In this document: positions 1-12,500 of the stretch, piece after piece
Position numbering within the stretch: position 1 is the stretch's first letter
Layout of the letters: each line of letters starts with the position of its first letter
DNA from: Ginglymostoma cirratum
Taxonomy: Eukaryota
Direction: 5' to 3'
Assembly: GCA_024137785.1 (NCBI GenBank)
Contig: JAHRHZ010000098.1
Span: 24,480,309 to 24,544,308 of the forward strand
Length of the DNA: 64,000 bases
Position numbers and translations under genes: made by a program
The notes under the pieces: model-generated
The model's database searches: none
What the model was told of the DNA's origin: nothing
What the model saw: only the letters and a program-made list of their open reading frames with translations

Positions 1-105
1 CCCTCCCCCATTTCTGATGAAGGGTTTAGGCCCGAAACGTCAAGTTTTCCTGCTCCTCTGATGCTGCTTGACCTGCTGTGTTCATCTAGCCCCCATGCTT
101 GTTAT
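1..105 (+). mobile_element. 3' end of a Penelope-like (Neptune-type) element with minimal hammerhead motif at 14-41
   Basis: Same sequence as the 3' end of the 59972-60382 arm; CTGATGA-A-GGGT-TTAG-GCCC-GAAACGTC. Confidence 0.85.
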
Positions 106-195
106 AAGCAGAGTGATGGGTTTATCAGACAGACATTGTTGTGTTAACTATTCAGAAACAAAACACACATTGGAACCAATCTATACACAAATAGA

Positions 196-201
196 TTTAT
201 T
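196..201 (-). terminator. Probable PRODH polyadenylation signal (AATAAA), implying a ~3.2 kb 3' UTR
   Basis: First canonical AATAAA I found on the minus strand after the stop codon, followed by a GU/U-rich tract (tgtgtgttttgtttc); ATTAAA variants occur near 1437 and 1521. Confidence 0.55.
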
Positions 202-837
202 GAAAACCTGAGAGGCGTTAGAACACACAACCAGGTAAATCAGTAGAAAGCACAGGGCAACTTTAAAAACAAGTCAAAAGAAATCACTCAGCATCAGAAT
301 TCCCAAATAAACACAGATCACATCACACTCCACCCCTGTTCCTTCTTAATGACTCATAAGTTTAAGTAATCTGATGATCCAATGACTTTTCTGACTGTTT
401 GCTGCAGGGTTGACTGTTACATTAGCAGTTACGGTATGTAGTCACATGATGCTCCCAAGGACACCATGCCTCATGTACATCCAACAGAAAGGAAGGCTAA
501 CTTGACAGCACCTACATTTAGATCGAATCAAGTTGATCAAGGACCAAGAATGTGCAGAGGGCTTGCAAATGCACAGCTTACTCAAACAATTTGCTACAGC
601 TACAGATATTTTTGAAGCTCGTTTTGCTTCTCTTCCTGTAATTCAGCCTTTATGTAACACTGGATCTCCTTTCTCACATCATGTCACACATTCACAAAGC
701 TTCAAAAATTTACATTTATGATCCCCCAAAGCATAAAATATTGAAAATAAGGGGCCATAGATTACAACCATTAGTGGATTCTTTCTCCTCAGCAACAACC
801 ACATCAGATCTTACCAATTTGGAGTCAAACAATGCAG

Positions 838-1045
838 TCCAATTCATGACTTTCATGAATATCTACAAAGGCAACACCCAACACCCCACATAAAAAGTAA
901 TTACCTTAACGGAAAAAAAAGGTTGAGGCATCATTTCACCTTCCCCAGAACAAAGGAGAAAGGGACTTCAACATCCGAGCCAACAGCAGCCCAGTATACT
1001 TCTGTACTGCAGTGGGTCTCACTACGGATCCCTATGTACTACAGA
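838..1045. repeat. Copy A of a diverged ~210-bp duplication (copy B 2683-2890)
   Basis: Shared blocks TCCAATTCAYGAYTTT, GGWTGAGGYATCATYTCACCTTCCC, TCAACATCCGAG, TTCTGTAMTGCARTGGGTCTC. Confidence 0.85.
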
Positions 1046-1113
1046 TCCCAGGCATGCTCCCCAGTAGGGCAGCAACTCATGGACAATCAGACATAGGCTC
1101 AGCATGATTCAGG

Positions 1114-1183
1114 AAGAGAGAGAGAGAGAGCGCGAGAGAGAGAGAGAGAGCGCGAGAGAGAGAGAGAGAGAGCGCGAGAGAGA
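1114..1183. repeat. (GA)n microsatellite with periodic GCGC interruptions, in the PRODH 3' UTR
   Basis: Direct inspection. Confidence 0.95.
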
Positions 1184-2280
1184 GGAGTGCAACTGCAACA
1201 TGTGTAGTTCAGATTGTGTGGGCTGACTGACCTTAGGAGTACAGCACAAATGAAGGAGTGCTAAAGATGTGGGAAGTTGGCTATATCCTTAAGTAAATAT
1301 CTAAGTAAAAACCTGTTTACTTCAATAAATTAAAAACTCTTCACATGCAACACGTTCCCATTTTGATTTACATGTGTTGTACATGGCTGGGGGAAGAATG
1401 TGGTCTGGGATTACCAATACATTTGAAGAGATGCCCTTTAATCAAAAATGATTAAGGACTATTGCTGCCGTAGTCAGACTTATTTCTCACTTCTCTCTGC
1501 TGCTTACATCTAAACACTTCTTTAATCCAAAGTCAAATGATCACTGTTACTAGTTGAAAAGCTCGACAGAGTCAATTTTCTGATCAACAGTGAGAAACAT
1601 GACTGGATCAGAGAGGTGGGGAGGGTGGGATTGCGAATAATCTGTCAACCCACCAGGCATTCCTAGGCTTGGCTGGTTTACTAACTTGGATTTTTTGACT
1701 TTACAATGCATGATGAGACAATGTAGCTGGAGTTTTCCCGTGCATTTGGAAAGGTCTGATGGGCCAATAGACACTAAGAAAGGGAGTGGATAACTTCCTC
1801 ATTGGTATTAATCCACTGTCACAGTAACCAAACATCAAATGACCTCCTGAAAACTGGAAAGTCTCTCATTAAACACAAACACCTCCAGTAGGTCAGTTCT
1901 GTCCACATTACACAGTTAAGTGGCAAAGATCAACATCTGCCTTTGAAGTAGAGCTCTGCAGGTCAACTAAAATACAGCAAAGTGCTCATAATAAAGGTTA
2001 ATCCAGCAGCTGCAGAGAGCATATATTACATGGTATAACATTCAGAATCAGTGTTTCTTACCCTCTTGTGCGCAAGTATTTTTTCCCCTTTGAGGCAAGA
2101 GTAGCAGGTTAATGGTTAGATCAATGACAAATTTCTGCAGAAATCTGAACAAAAATTCAGATAACAGTTTCAAACTAATTTGCACATTTGCAATGAAGCA
2201 AAATTGCAATTGAAGATTATTCGGTCCATTTCCAGTGTTGAGTTTGAGGTCACATTCATTAGTGCACTGTAACCACAGTG

Positions 2281-2283
<3 letters not shown>

Positions 2284-2321
<38 letters not shown>
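2284..2321. repeat. (CA)n microsatellite
   Basis: Direct inspection. Confidence 0.95.
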
Positions 2322-2323
<2 letters not shown>

Positions 2324-3398
2324 TCAAAATCTAGCAAGTGGAGCAGGCAGCTCAAATGCCTTACAACAGGCTCTCCCTGCCAGAGGTATGCAAGTGTTCA
2401 GTCTGTGATGAAAGGGCTCATTATCACAGCCTCCAGTGTTCACACACAAACAGCAGAGTAATGTCATAGCAATTGTTGTGCAAAGCATCCGAGCAGACTC
2501 ACCCTACACTCCTCGCAGCAACTTGAAGGAGAGGAGCTTGCATAAATTAAAGATGGCATTTAAAAAAAATTCTTTACTATTGCAACTTCCTGTCAAACAA
2601 AAACTGGAGAATTACTAAAGAGGGCTTTTGTATTGCTAAACAAATGTGGTGAGTAGCAAACCTACAAAGGGAGACATTTCTTTCCAATTCACGATTTTCG
2701 TCAATATCTGCAAAGACAATACCCGCCGCCCCACAAAGGGTAACTACCTCAACAATAAAACAGGATGAGGTATCATCTCACCTTCCCAAAGAGGAAAGCA
2801 GAAACTGACAGCAACATCAACATCCGAGACAACAGGCCGGTACATTTCTGTAATGCAATGGGTCTCCTTAGGGGGTCCCCATATACTTTCCAAAAAGATC
2901 CACAAAATAGGAGGCTTGCCAGATCTAACGTTGGAAGTTCAGCAGAAACATATGCACTGTCACTCTGCCATTTCCCTATAGCTTTACTGAAGTTACCTAA
3001 AGTATGAAGGGGAATGTCCCTAATAACAATCAGGACTCTTTACAGTAATATGGTGCAAGATGTTTAAATGTTAATGTATCCAACAGGCTTTGGATGGGTT
3101 GAAAGTAAATAGAAGGAAAGAGCTGTCGCACCTTGCAGCCCTAAGGGGAAAAGGGACAGATGCCAAGACAGCTCAGTTACTAAAGACCATCAAGCAGAAT
3201 TTACTTTTGCTTTGAGCTTGGTTTGTGGGAGACACTTTTACCAAAGCTTTGAGTCCCCTTAAACAAGTCACAGAAGAACATCTCTCTCCCAGCACTGTTA
3301 AAGCACTTTGTGCATCAATGTAGAGAACATGCCTCCTCTCCAACCCAGTAGCCACCTTGAAAACCAGACTGTCAGGCCCTCCCCTTGCATGCAGCTCT

Positions 3399-3586
3399 CT
3401 AATACGCAGTTTGGAATAAGTCCCCCTGCAAGATCCTGCGTTTCAGCTCATTCCACAGTAGGTTGCGCTCCCGCTGGGTTCCTGCCACCATGCCTCTGTT
3501 TTCCTGTGCACGCCTGGACAAGTAGGGCAAAACCTCTTCCACTGGGCCGTAAGGGACATATTTGTACACCGGGTAGCCAGCCTGGC
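3399..3586 (-). CDS. PRODH: PRODH last coding exon ([29 protein letters not shown]...GDLFQTAY*)
   Basis: cccatag acceptor; TAG at 3399-3401; 188 nt. Confidence 0.97.
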
Positions 3587-6500
3587 CTATGGGAGACAGA
3601 ACGAAAAGGGTTAAGTTTGTATATTAAGAAGAGCAACTCTCCCTGGAGCAATAGACAAGTCCAAGTTACTTTATTATAAATTCCGCTGTAACATCCAATC
3701 TTAAAATCTAAGATTAGGCATGAAGCACTGAGTAGGTTAACACCACCACAGGTTCCAGCTAGTTGGAACTCATTCAGACAGTTGTAGAGTCATAGAAACG
3801 TACACCATAGAAACAGACCTTTCGGGCCAACTTGTCCATGCCGACCAGATATCCTAAAGTAACTTAGTCCCACTTGCCAGCATTTGGCCCATAACCGTCT
3901 AAACCCTTCCTTTTCATGTACCCATCCAGATCTCTTTTAAATGTTGTAATTCTACCAGCCTCCACACTTCCTCTGGCAGATCATTCCATACACGCACCAC
4001 CGTCTTCATGAAAATGTTGCCCCGTAGGTCCCTTTTAAGTCTTTCCCCTTTCGCCCAGCCACTTCTCCTGGGCTCTTTAAAACATTCCAAAGCCCAATTT
4101 TTCAAAAACGAGTACAAACTTTAAGTTGTGCCTCAAGTCTCTACAAGTCATATTCTACAATCTCAACAGATTTGACAATTCTGGAATATACCCCCAGGAA
4201 ATGGGAAAACCTATAGGGATTTGGATCCTACACAGGGACCTGTCTAATACAGGAAAAGCAAGGCCCTAAAACAAGACCAGCAGTGAGTAATGTCGCTAAT
4301 GGGAAAGATTACCTGGACGTTGAGTTAACTATGGGGGTCTTTTACCCAGCAGTTATTTTAAGATCAGGTGTTTGTGCTTCACATACCAAGGGGGAAGCTG
4401 ATCTGATCAGACATGCCCAGCAACTGGCCGAAGTAGACCTTCCTAGATGATGGATGGAGTCCAAGTTCATGCATTCTGCGAGAGAAAGAGGACAGAGTTA
4501 GCAACTAATGGATATAAATTCAAACCAACACACCTTCAGCTGAGGTTCTCCTTTGGCAGAGGGGGCAGACCCAGTGGGATGTTCAAGCAGTTGAGTTACA
4601 AACTCAACAGACACCCCTTATTTCATTAAAGTCTTGGTTTTTGGGTTCCACAAACTAGGGTCAGGGGCATGAAGGGGTCAACCATGGCATCACCAACATT
4701 GGACCTAGCAAGAAAACAGGTGAAAAGCTACAGCCGAACCATAAATGAGGGCAAATAGGAACAGTGGGAATCACCAACAGGAGAAACAGAGTCTCAAGTA
4801 TCATCACTCCCTCCCAAAATGTCAGCAAATAGCCAACCAGATTTCCCAGCGAGTCTCTTCAGAATCTTTCATTTTTACAGTGAGGAGTGATAAATGAGGG
4901 AACCAGGAAGCTTTCAGTTAAAACACCTAAAGGAAACCCACAGTTGTCTGAGCATGGGGTGCCTTTCATACAGAGGAAAGAGCAAATCCTTACTGGGTGC
5001 AATAAAAGTATTCAGACTGCAGGATTCTTATGAATCAATGTGATGGACTATGTCAAGAATTAAAACCATTGAAGGAGGATGGCGAACGGAGTGGGGATAG
5101 ATTAAAACAGACCAAACCAATCACATGCTTGTTACAGCACAGAAGGGGGCTTTATTTGGTCTCCAAATCACCCAAATGCCTTCTCGCCATTAGCCTATAC
5201 ACTACTGCTTCTCCTTCCTGAATGCCTCAACTGAAACTGCCTCCAGGCAATAGCAACTCATTCTCCGCACAAAAGGTTCTCATATTGTTTTGCTTCGTTT
5301 ACGAATTACATCAAAATCTGTGCCCTCTTTTTCTTGATCTGTTTATGCGTGAGAATATATGTACTTCCACATGATTTGCAAAAGCTCCATCAGATCCTTC
5401 GCTCCGTCCTCCCCTCTCCAGGAGAAACAGTCACTAATTTCAATTCATCTTCAGGACAAACACATCATTCCTGCAAAGAGTCACAATGGCCTTCACACCC
5501 TTTGTCAAGTGTAGCACTACCCAGATATGAATCCAAGGTTGAACTGGTGTTTTGTCCAAGTTCAATACAACCTCCTTGCTCCTCTACTCGACACTTCCAT
5601 TAATAAAGCCTTACAACCTGCCCGATAAAACCATTAATGGTCTCTGCTCTCGTACTCATTTGGGAGGGAGGACCCTTTATCTCATTGCGGAGGGAAGAAC
5701 ATGGAGAGACAATGACTCAGCTTCCATTTCTCTGCATTGCACGTGGCCTGCAATTGGTGCATTTCACTCCACCAACTTGATGTTCTACTTTGTCCTAACA
5801 AGGTTTGCTTTTAAAATTTCAGCCACTGCCACAAGTAACCAAAACCAGTAAAAATCCTTCCACTGCTGGAGGAAGCTGGAAGGCAGGGGAGGGAACAGGT
5901 ACCACGACACCTCAAAATGTACAGACAATACTCTGTGTACACCATAACCCCCAGCTGTGAGGGGGTATAAAAACAGTGACAAAGTAACAACACGAACATC
6001 ACTCACTCCGGAATACTATCGGAAATACATCACCCAAAAAGATGCAAGGCAGTGCAGACCCCACCCCCGCCCCCCACCACCAGCGCCGATTACCTGTGCA
6101 GTGTATAGGCAACTGTTTTCTCATTGTGCGAAGCCACCATTACATTGGCTTTCTTGTTCACTTTGATTTCATCCAGGATGTAATCCAAACACCTGAAATT
6201 TACAACAACAGAAGTTCAGAAACTCCAGGAATCCAGCACATGCCCATCAGATACAAAGATAACAGGAAAGATAAGCAACGCCTTGGGTAACAACATGCAG
6301 GAGAGGTGTACACTGATCACTTCTGTAAGCAGGGATGTCTTACTGCAATTATACAGGGCCCTGGTGAGACCGCAGCTAGAATATTGTGCACAGTTTTGGC
6401 CTCCTTATCAGAGGAAGGATATTCTTGTTGTAGAGGAAAGAAATTATTCTCAGCAGAACAAGGCCATTCAGCCCTTCAATCCTCATCCACCATTTATTAT

Positions 6501-9500
6501 GATCATCCAAATCAAGAGCTTGTTGCTGCTTTTCTCCCGATAACCTTTGATCCCTTTAGTCCCAAGTGCTATATTCAACTCCTTCATAAAAATCAAACAA
6601 TGTTTTGTCCTTGGCTGCTTTCTGAGGCAGTGAATTCCACAGGCTCACCACTCTTTGGGTGAATAAATTTCTCCTTATTTCAATTGTAGATCGTTTCACT
6701 GTGCATCATTAGACTGCAACCCCTGGTTCTGGACTCTCCCGCCATAGGGTAGATGCAGGAAGAATGTTCCCAATCTAGTTGATGGAATTCTCATAGCCAG
6801 AAAATCCTATCAACCCATCATTCTTCTGAAATCCAATGAACAAAATGTGAACGAATCCAATCTGTTTACATACTTCACTCCTGCCAACCCTGGACTCTGC
6901 CTGGTAAATCTTTGCTGCGCTCTCTACAGCAAGAATATCCTTCCTCTGATATGGAGGCCAAAACTGTGCACAATATCCCAGCTGTGGTCTCACCAGGATT
7001 GTGTAATTGCAGCAAGACATCCCTGCTCCTGTACTCAAATCCTCTCACTGTAAGGACTAACATAGCATTTGCTTTCTTTACTGCCTTCTTCACCTTCATG
7101 CTTACTTTCAGCGACCGATGCATGATGACATCCAGATCTCGTCGCACATTTCCCCCGCTCTATATATAGTCAGGTAACAATATGCCTTCTTGTTTTTGCT
7201 TCTAACGTGGATAGCCTCACATTTATCCATATTATACTGCAGCTGCCCGCTCACTCGGTCGGTCCAAATTATCTCTGAAACATCTAAATCATCTCTGCAT
7301 CCTCCCCATAGCTCACCCTCCCACCCAGCTTTGTGTTATTTGCAAATTCAGAGATTGTACATTTAAGTTCCCTTATCCAAATTATTAATCCTTTCTGAAT
7401 AGCTGGGGGTCCTAGCAGTGAGCCCTGTGGTACCCCACAAGTCACTGCTTGCCATTCAGAAAAAGACCCATTTATTCCTGCTCATTGTTCCATATCTGCA
7501 ATATCAATTAATCCGTCTCAATACATGATTCACACTCCCATGCGCCTTAATTTTACATACAAACCTCTTGTGGGCCTTTGTTGAAAGCCTTCCGAAAGTC
7601 CAAATAAACTGCATTCGCTGGCTCCCCCTCATCAAATCTATTATTTATGTCCTCAAAACAATTCCAGTAGATTTGTCAAGCATGATTTCCCCATCATAAA
7701 TCCATGCTGACTCTGTCTGATTCTGCCATTGTTTCCAAATGCTCAGCTATATTTTTTTAAGTAGCGAATTTGAGCAGTTCTCCAACTACCGACATCAGGT
7801 TGACTGGTCTATAATTCCTGATTTTGTCTCCACCTCCATTTTTAAATAGTGAGTTTACATTAGCTACACTCTAATCTGTAGGAACTGTTCTAGAGTCTAC
7901 AATCATGGATGCATTAGTGGTCGTCTTCCATTATTTTTAGGGTCACTTCTAAGTATTCTGGGATGTAGATTATGAGGCCCTGAAGATTTAATTGGCCTTC
8001 AATCTCAATTTCCCCAACATCATTTCTCAAATTACACCAATTTCCTTCAGGACCAGCCTCCCACTAAACCCTGTGCTCTCCAAAATTTCTGATGCCATTT
8101 GAGTCATCCTTTGTGAGCACAGAACCACAATCTGGATTTACTTGGTCAGCCACTGTTTGTTCCCTATTATAAATGCCCCTGTTTCTTGATTTGATTTATT
8201 ATTGTCACATGTACCTAGGTACAGTGAAAAGTTTTGCTTTGTGTGCAGTATAGACAGATCATACCACACAAAGTGCATTAGGGTGACTGAACAGAGCGAG
8301 GAATATAATGTTACGGCTGCAGAGAAGGTGCACAAAGAGCAAAATCAACATTAAATTTAAAATTTGAGTGGTCCATTTGGAAATCTGATAATAGCGGGGA
8401 AGAAGTGGTTCTCGAGTCTGTTGGCATGTGTGTTTAAGCTTTTGTATTTTCCGCCCAACAGAAAAAATTGGAAGCGATTGCAACCAGGGTGGGAGGGGTT
8501 TGATTATGTTGGTTGCATTCCTGGGACAGCGAGAAATTTAGATGGAGTTAATGGGTGGAAGGTTGGCTTGAGACTATACGCGAGCTATATTGGATTTCAC
8601 CAATCTTTCGCTCTTCACATACCTACGGAACCTTTTACACATTTTTATGTTCCCCCTACAACCAAGCTTGTGCAATCTTTGTTCTACAGTTACCATCCAG
8701 GCACTGCCATTGACTCGCATATGCATTGTTTTTTCTAAATTCATGAAACAACAAATTGATCAGTCCACAGCCAAGCCAGAAGATTTGGCAGTGCTGGCAA
8801 ACCTACCCCAGGGCTGTTAACTCCTTTCTTTTTAAAAGGCCATAGTTCTTTCACGTAGCAATCAAGAGAGATGCCAGAGGGAGCTCCATAGACTTGTCTA
8901 GTTCTAAACACCTCACCAACAGGGGCAATTCTGGGGATCACTCTAATATTACCCTGTGCACTGATATATTCACCTCAGAGAGAGTGAGGTGGGAGAAGAC
9001 ATGCACAGCGCAGGAGTGGTGGGTGGGGTGAAACAGCGCACACACACACACACACGAGGGAGAGATATTGTCATCACACAAGCTTGCAAGACAGGAAATA
9101 GCACTGGGAGAGAGTGAGAGCACACCCGAGAGAGGGCCAGCATACACCCACCCAAAACGGTTGATTTATTATTTGCATAGATGATTTAGAGTTGTGGACC
9201 AATTGTAGTATGTCAAACTTTATGCTATATCTGCACAGGGTGCTGGTGAGGCCACACCTGGAGTACTGTGTACAGTTTTGGTCTCCTTACTTGAGAAAGG
9301 ATGTACTGGCACTCGAGAGGACATCCATTAGGTTGAGTCTGGAATTGAGAGGTTTGTTTTATGAGGAGATGTTGAGTTGACTGGTACTACACTTATTGGA
9401 ATTTAGAAGAATGAGGGTGGCCTTATAGAAATATATAAAATTATGAAGAGAATAGATAAGATAGAAACAGGGAGGTTGTTTCCACTGACAGGTGAAACTA

Positions 9501-12500
9501 GAACAAGGGGGCTTAGCCTCAAAATAAAAGTGCAGCAGATTTAGGACCGAGTTGAGGAAGAAGTTCTTCACTCAAAAGGGTTGTGAATCTGTGGAATTTC
9601 CTGCCCAGTGAAGCACTTGAGGCTACCTCATCAAATGTTTTTAAGGCAAAGATAGATTTTAGAACAGTAAAGGAATTAGGGTCATGTCGAGTGGGCAGGT
9701 TAGTTGAGTTGAGTCTACAAAAATATTAGGCATGATCTTATTGGCTGTTAGAGCAGGCTCAAGGGGACACGTGGCCTACTGCTGCTCCTACTCCTATTTC
9801 TTATGTTTTTATTATGTTCTTAAGTTCACGGATGAAGGGTTACGCAATTGCAACAGAAAGCGCAGTGAGTACTTCACGTGGTGGATGATGGCTGAGGGAG
9901 GGTGAGCACAGAGCATTTATTAAACATTGCACAGTATCAATATGGATCCTACCTGTGATACATGCTATTTGTATCTTCATAGGTTTTGTTGATGGGATCC
10001 TCATACCCAATCTCTCTGGCACGCTTTCGTTCTTGGGCCATATATGCACCTCTCACCAATTTTGCCCCAAAGTACCAGTTTTCACGGCGGGACAGTTCTA
10101 CATCCATAGACACATTATCATAAGCATCCTGGAGGGGTTGAAAGGAAATGGGGAAAAAAAAAATCCATCAGAATCTTAGGGGGAGGCCTTGGACAGCAAT
10201 ACTATAATACAACATGTTAAATTCTCCATAAAAGACGACAATCAAAGCAGAGTATAGACATGAGCCTTACAGATGCTGGCTCATTCTACCCATCAGCTAC
10301 CTTGCCCATGGGCTACCAAAACTCCTGTGATTGGGATTTGTAAAAGGATCAAGAGGGCAAGGATTTCACATAACCGGTTAAGAGAAAAAGGTGTGACCAT
10401 ATTCTGACTTCCACCTGACAGCCCTTTCTGGCTCAGCTCTCCTGGAGAGTTTAGTCTGCAGCACACTTAACCCAGTGCTAAAAGGCTGTAGCTTCCTGTT
10501 CAATGGTCTGAGTACAGTATATAATCTAAGCTGGCACTTCTGTGTAGTATTGTCAGTATTTAACTGGAACATTAAAGTAAGGCCCAGGCTGTTTTTTCAG
10601 CTGGATGTAAACGATCCAACAGCATTAATTCTGAGAGTTGCAGAGTTGGCCCTGGCATCCAGGAAGATATTTCTTGCCATTTGTGGGATCTGTCTGGGTG
10701 AGAGATCAGCTGTTACATATCCCACAAAATGACAGTGACGGGACTTCAGGAACGTTTCACCGGCTGCAAATGCACTTTGGGGCGTCCTGTGGTCACCAAA
10801 GACACCATTTAAATAAGAGTTCTTCTCCTCTCGAGGATACAAGTGGCTGAGATACGGTTCCACGTACAATGGCAGTCCTTAGTGACTTTGTTAGAGCTTC
10901 AGTGTGATCATCCTTGTACCAAGAGAGTTAGGACCTGAAGTGTGATTGCTCGGGAGCTGGCCATCACAAAACATGGGCTTTTCCTCTGCATCCTGCAGTT
11001 TTCAATCTGTGCACATGACCATGAGAGCAGCAGACAAAGACGGATAATGGTTTTCCCCATCCCATGGAAAACAGAGTGCAGCCTTACCTTTAGGTAACAC
11101 TGGTAGGTATTGAAGATGGAGGGCTTCTCAGTGTTAAATTTCCTCTGCATCTCCAGGGTCAGCCTGCTGATAGCTGGTTGGAAATAGGTCTGCTCGGCAT
11201 CAACCATGAGGCGGACACCCCTCTTCAAGGCTTCCTACCATGGAATGTCAAGAAGTTTAGGACTAAAACAGAGGTTACAACATCTGCCTGCTTCTCTCAG
11301 TACAATAAAAGAAAATCCCACTGTGGTCACAGAACCAAGTCACGCTTTTGGCTGCTTCATCCTAAAATTGGCAATTAAATTCATAGAAAACAGAGGCAAC
11401 CGGCTTAAGGCCAATGGAAGTTCATTTTTACTTCTTGTGTGAATTAACACAAGTGTGGCTGGGAATCAAGACATTGTAATTCAAATGAGCTGGCAGTTCC
11501 ACTTTCAATCATTGAGAGTCCAATGGAACTCCAATTCCCTTTGAACATCTCCTACCTTTGCTAGAATATCCATTCTCTGCAGCATCCTTTTCATCTGGAG
11601 CTCCTCCTCCCCCGTGAACTGGAGGAGGAGTGGTTCAATCTCACCGGTCTGCAACGAAACCACAAGTAGCCATTATTCCAACAGTCAGAGCCGTTGCTCG
11701 ACATGGATGGAAAAGCTCATACATTCAAAACGCACCTGCTGAAATGGTACGTCATGAAAATAGATCATAACCGCATATTGCTTACACACAAATTAAACTT
11801 AAGTGCAACATGTATTATTTCTTTGAATCAGTCACTTGAGATGAAAGGTGTGAGATATAATACATATAGGATTTCAAACTTTTTTTTCCCCTTTATTCAT
11901 TCACAGGATGAGGGCATCGCTGGCTAAGCAGCATTTATTGCCCATCCCTAATTGCCCAGAAGGTAGTTAAGAGTCAACCACATTGCTGTGAGACTGGAGT
12001 CACATGTAGGCCAGACCAGGTAAGGATGGCAGTTTCCTTCCCTAAAGGACATTAGTGAACCAGGTGGGTTTTTCCCCGACAATCGTCAATGAATTCATGG
12101 TCATCATTAGACTCTTAATTCCAGATATTTATTGAATTCAAATTCCACCATCAGCCATGGTGGGATTCAAACCTGGGTCCCTAGAATGTTGTCTGGGTCT
12201 CTGGATTAACAGTCCAGCGATAATACCACTAGACCATCGCCTCCCCCTGGTGGTTTATTGATTACTTTTGCGCAGGTTTTTAAAATAAAGTCAGCTGTCC
12301 TTCAGATCTGGAGCAGTGACCTCATTTGGTATGTATCAGAGAGTAGCTAACTGTAAAACACTTGGAAGAGGAGAAGATTATTGATACTGTACGGTTTATG
12401 ATAAGTGGAGTAAATATTGAAGGGCATTAGCTTGCCTATGGTTTAGAATAATCAAGATTCATCTCAGCTTAAAGAATCCAGAGATTGAACGTTTTGGAGG

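Noticed and set aside
1114-1183. CRISPR-like or coded periodic repeat
   Set aside because: Simple interrupted (GA)n microsatellite in a eukaryotic genome; no spacers
4500-4650. Possible third copy of the 3' UTR duplication at the same ~1.85 kb spacing
   Set aside because: Only vague peptide-level resemblance; no nucleotide alignment visible
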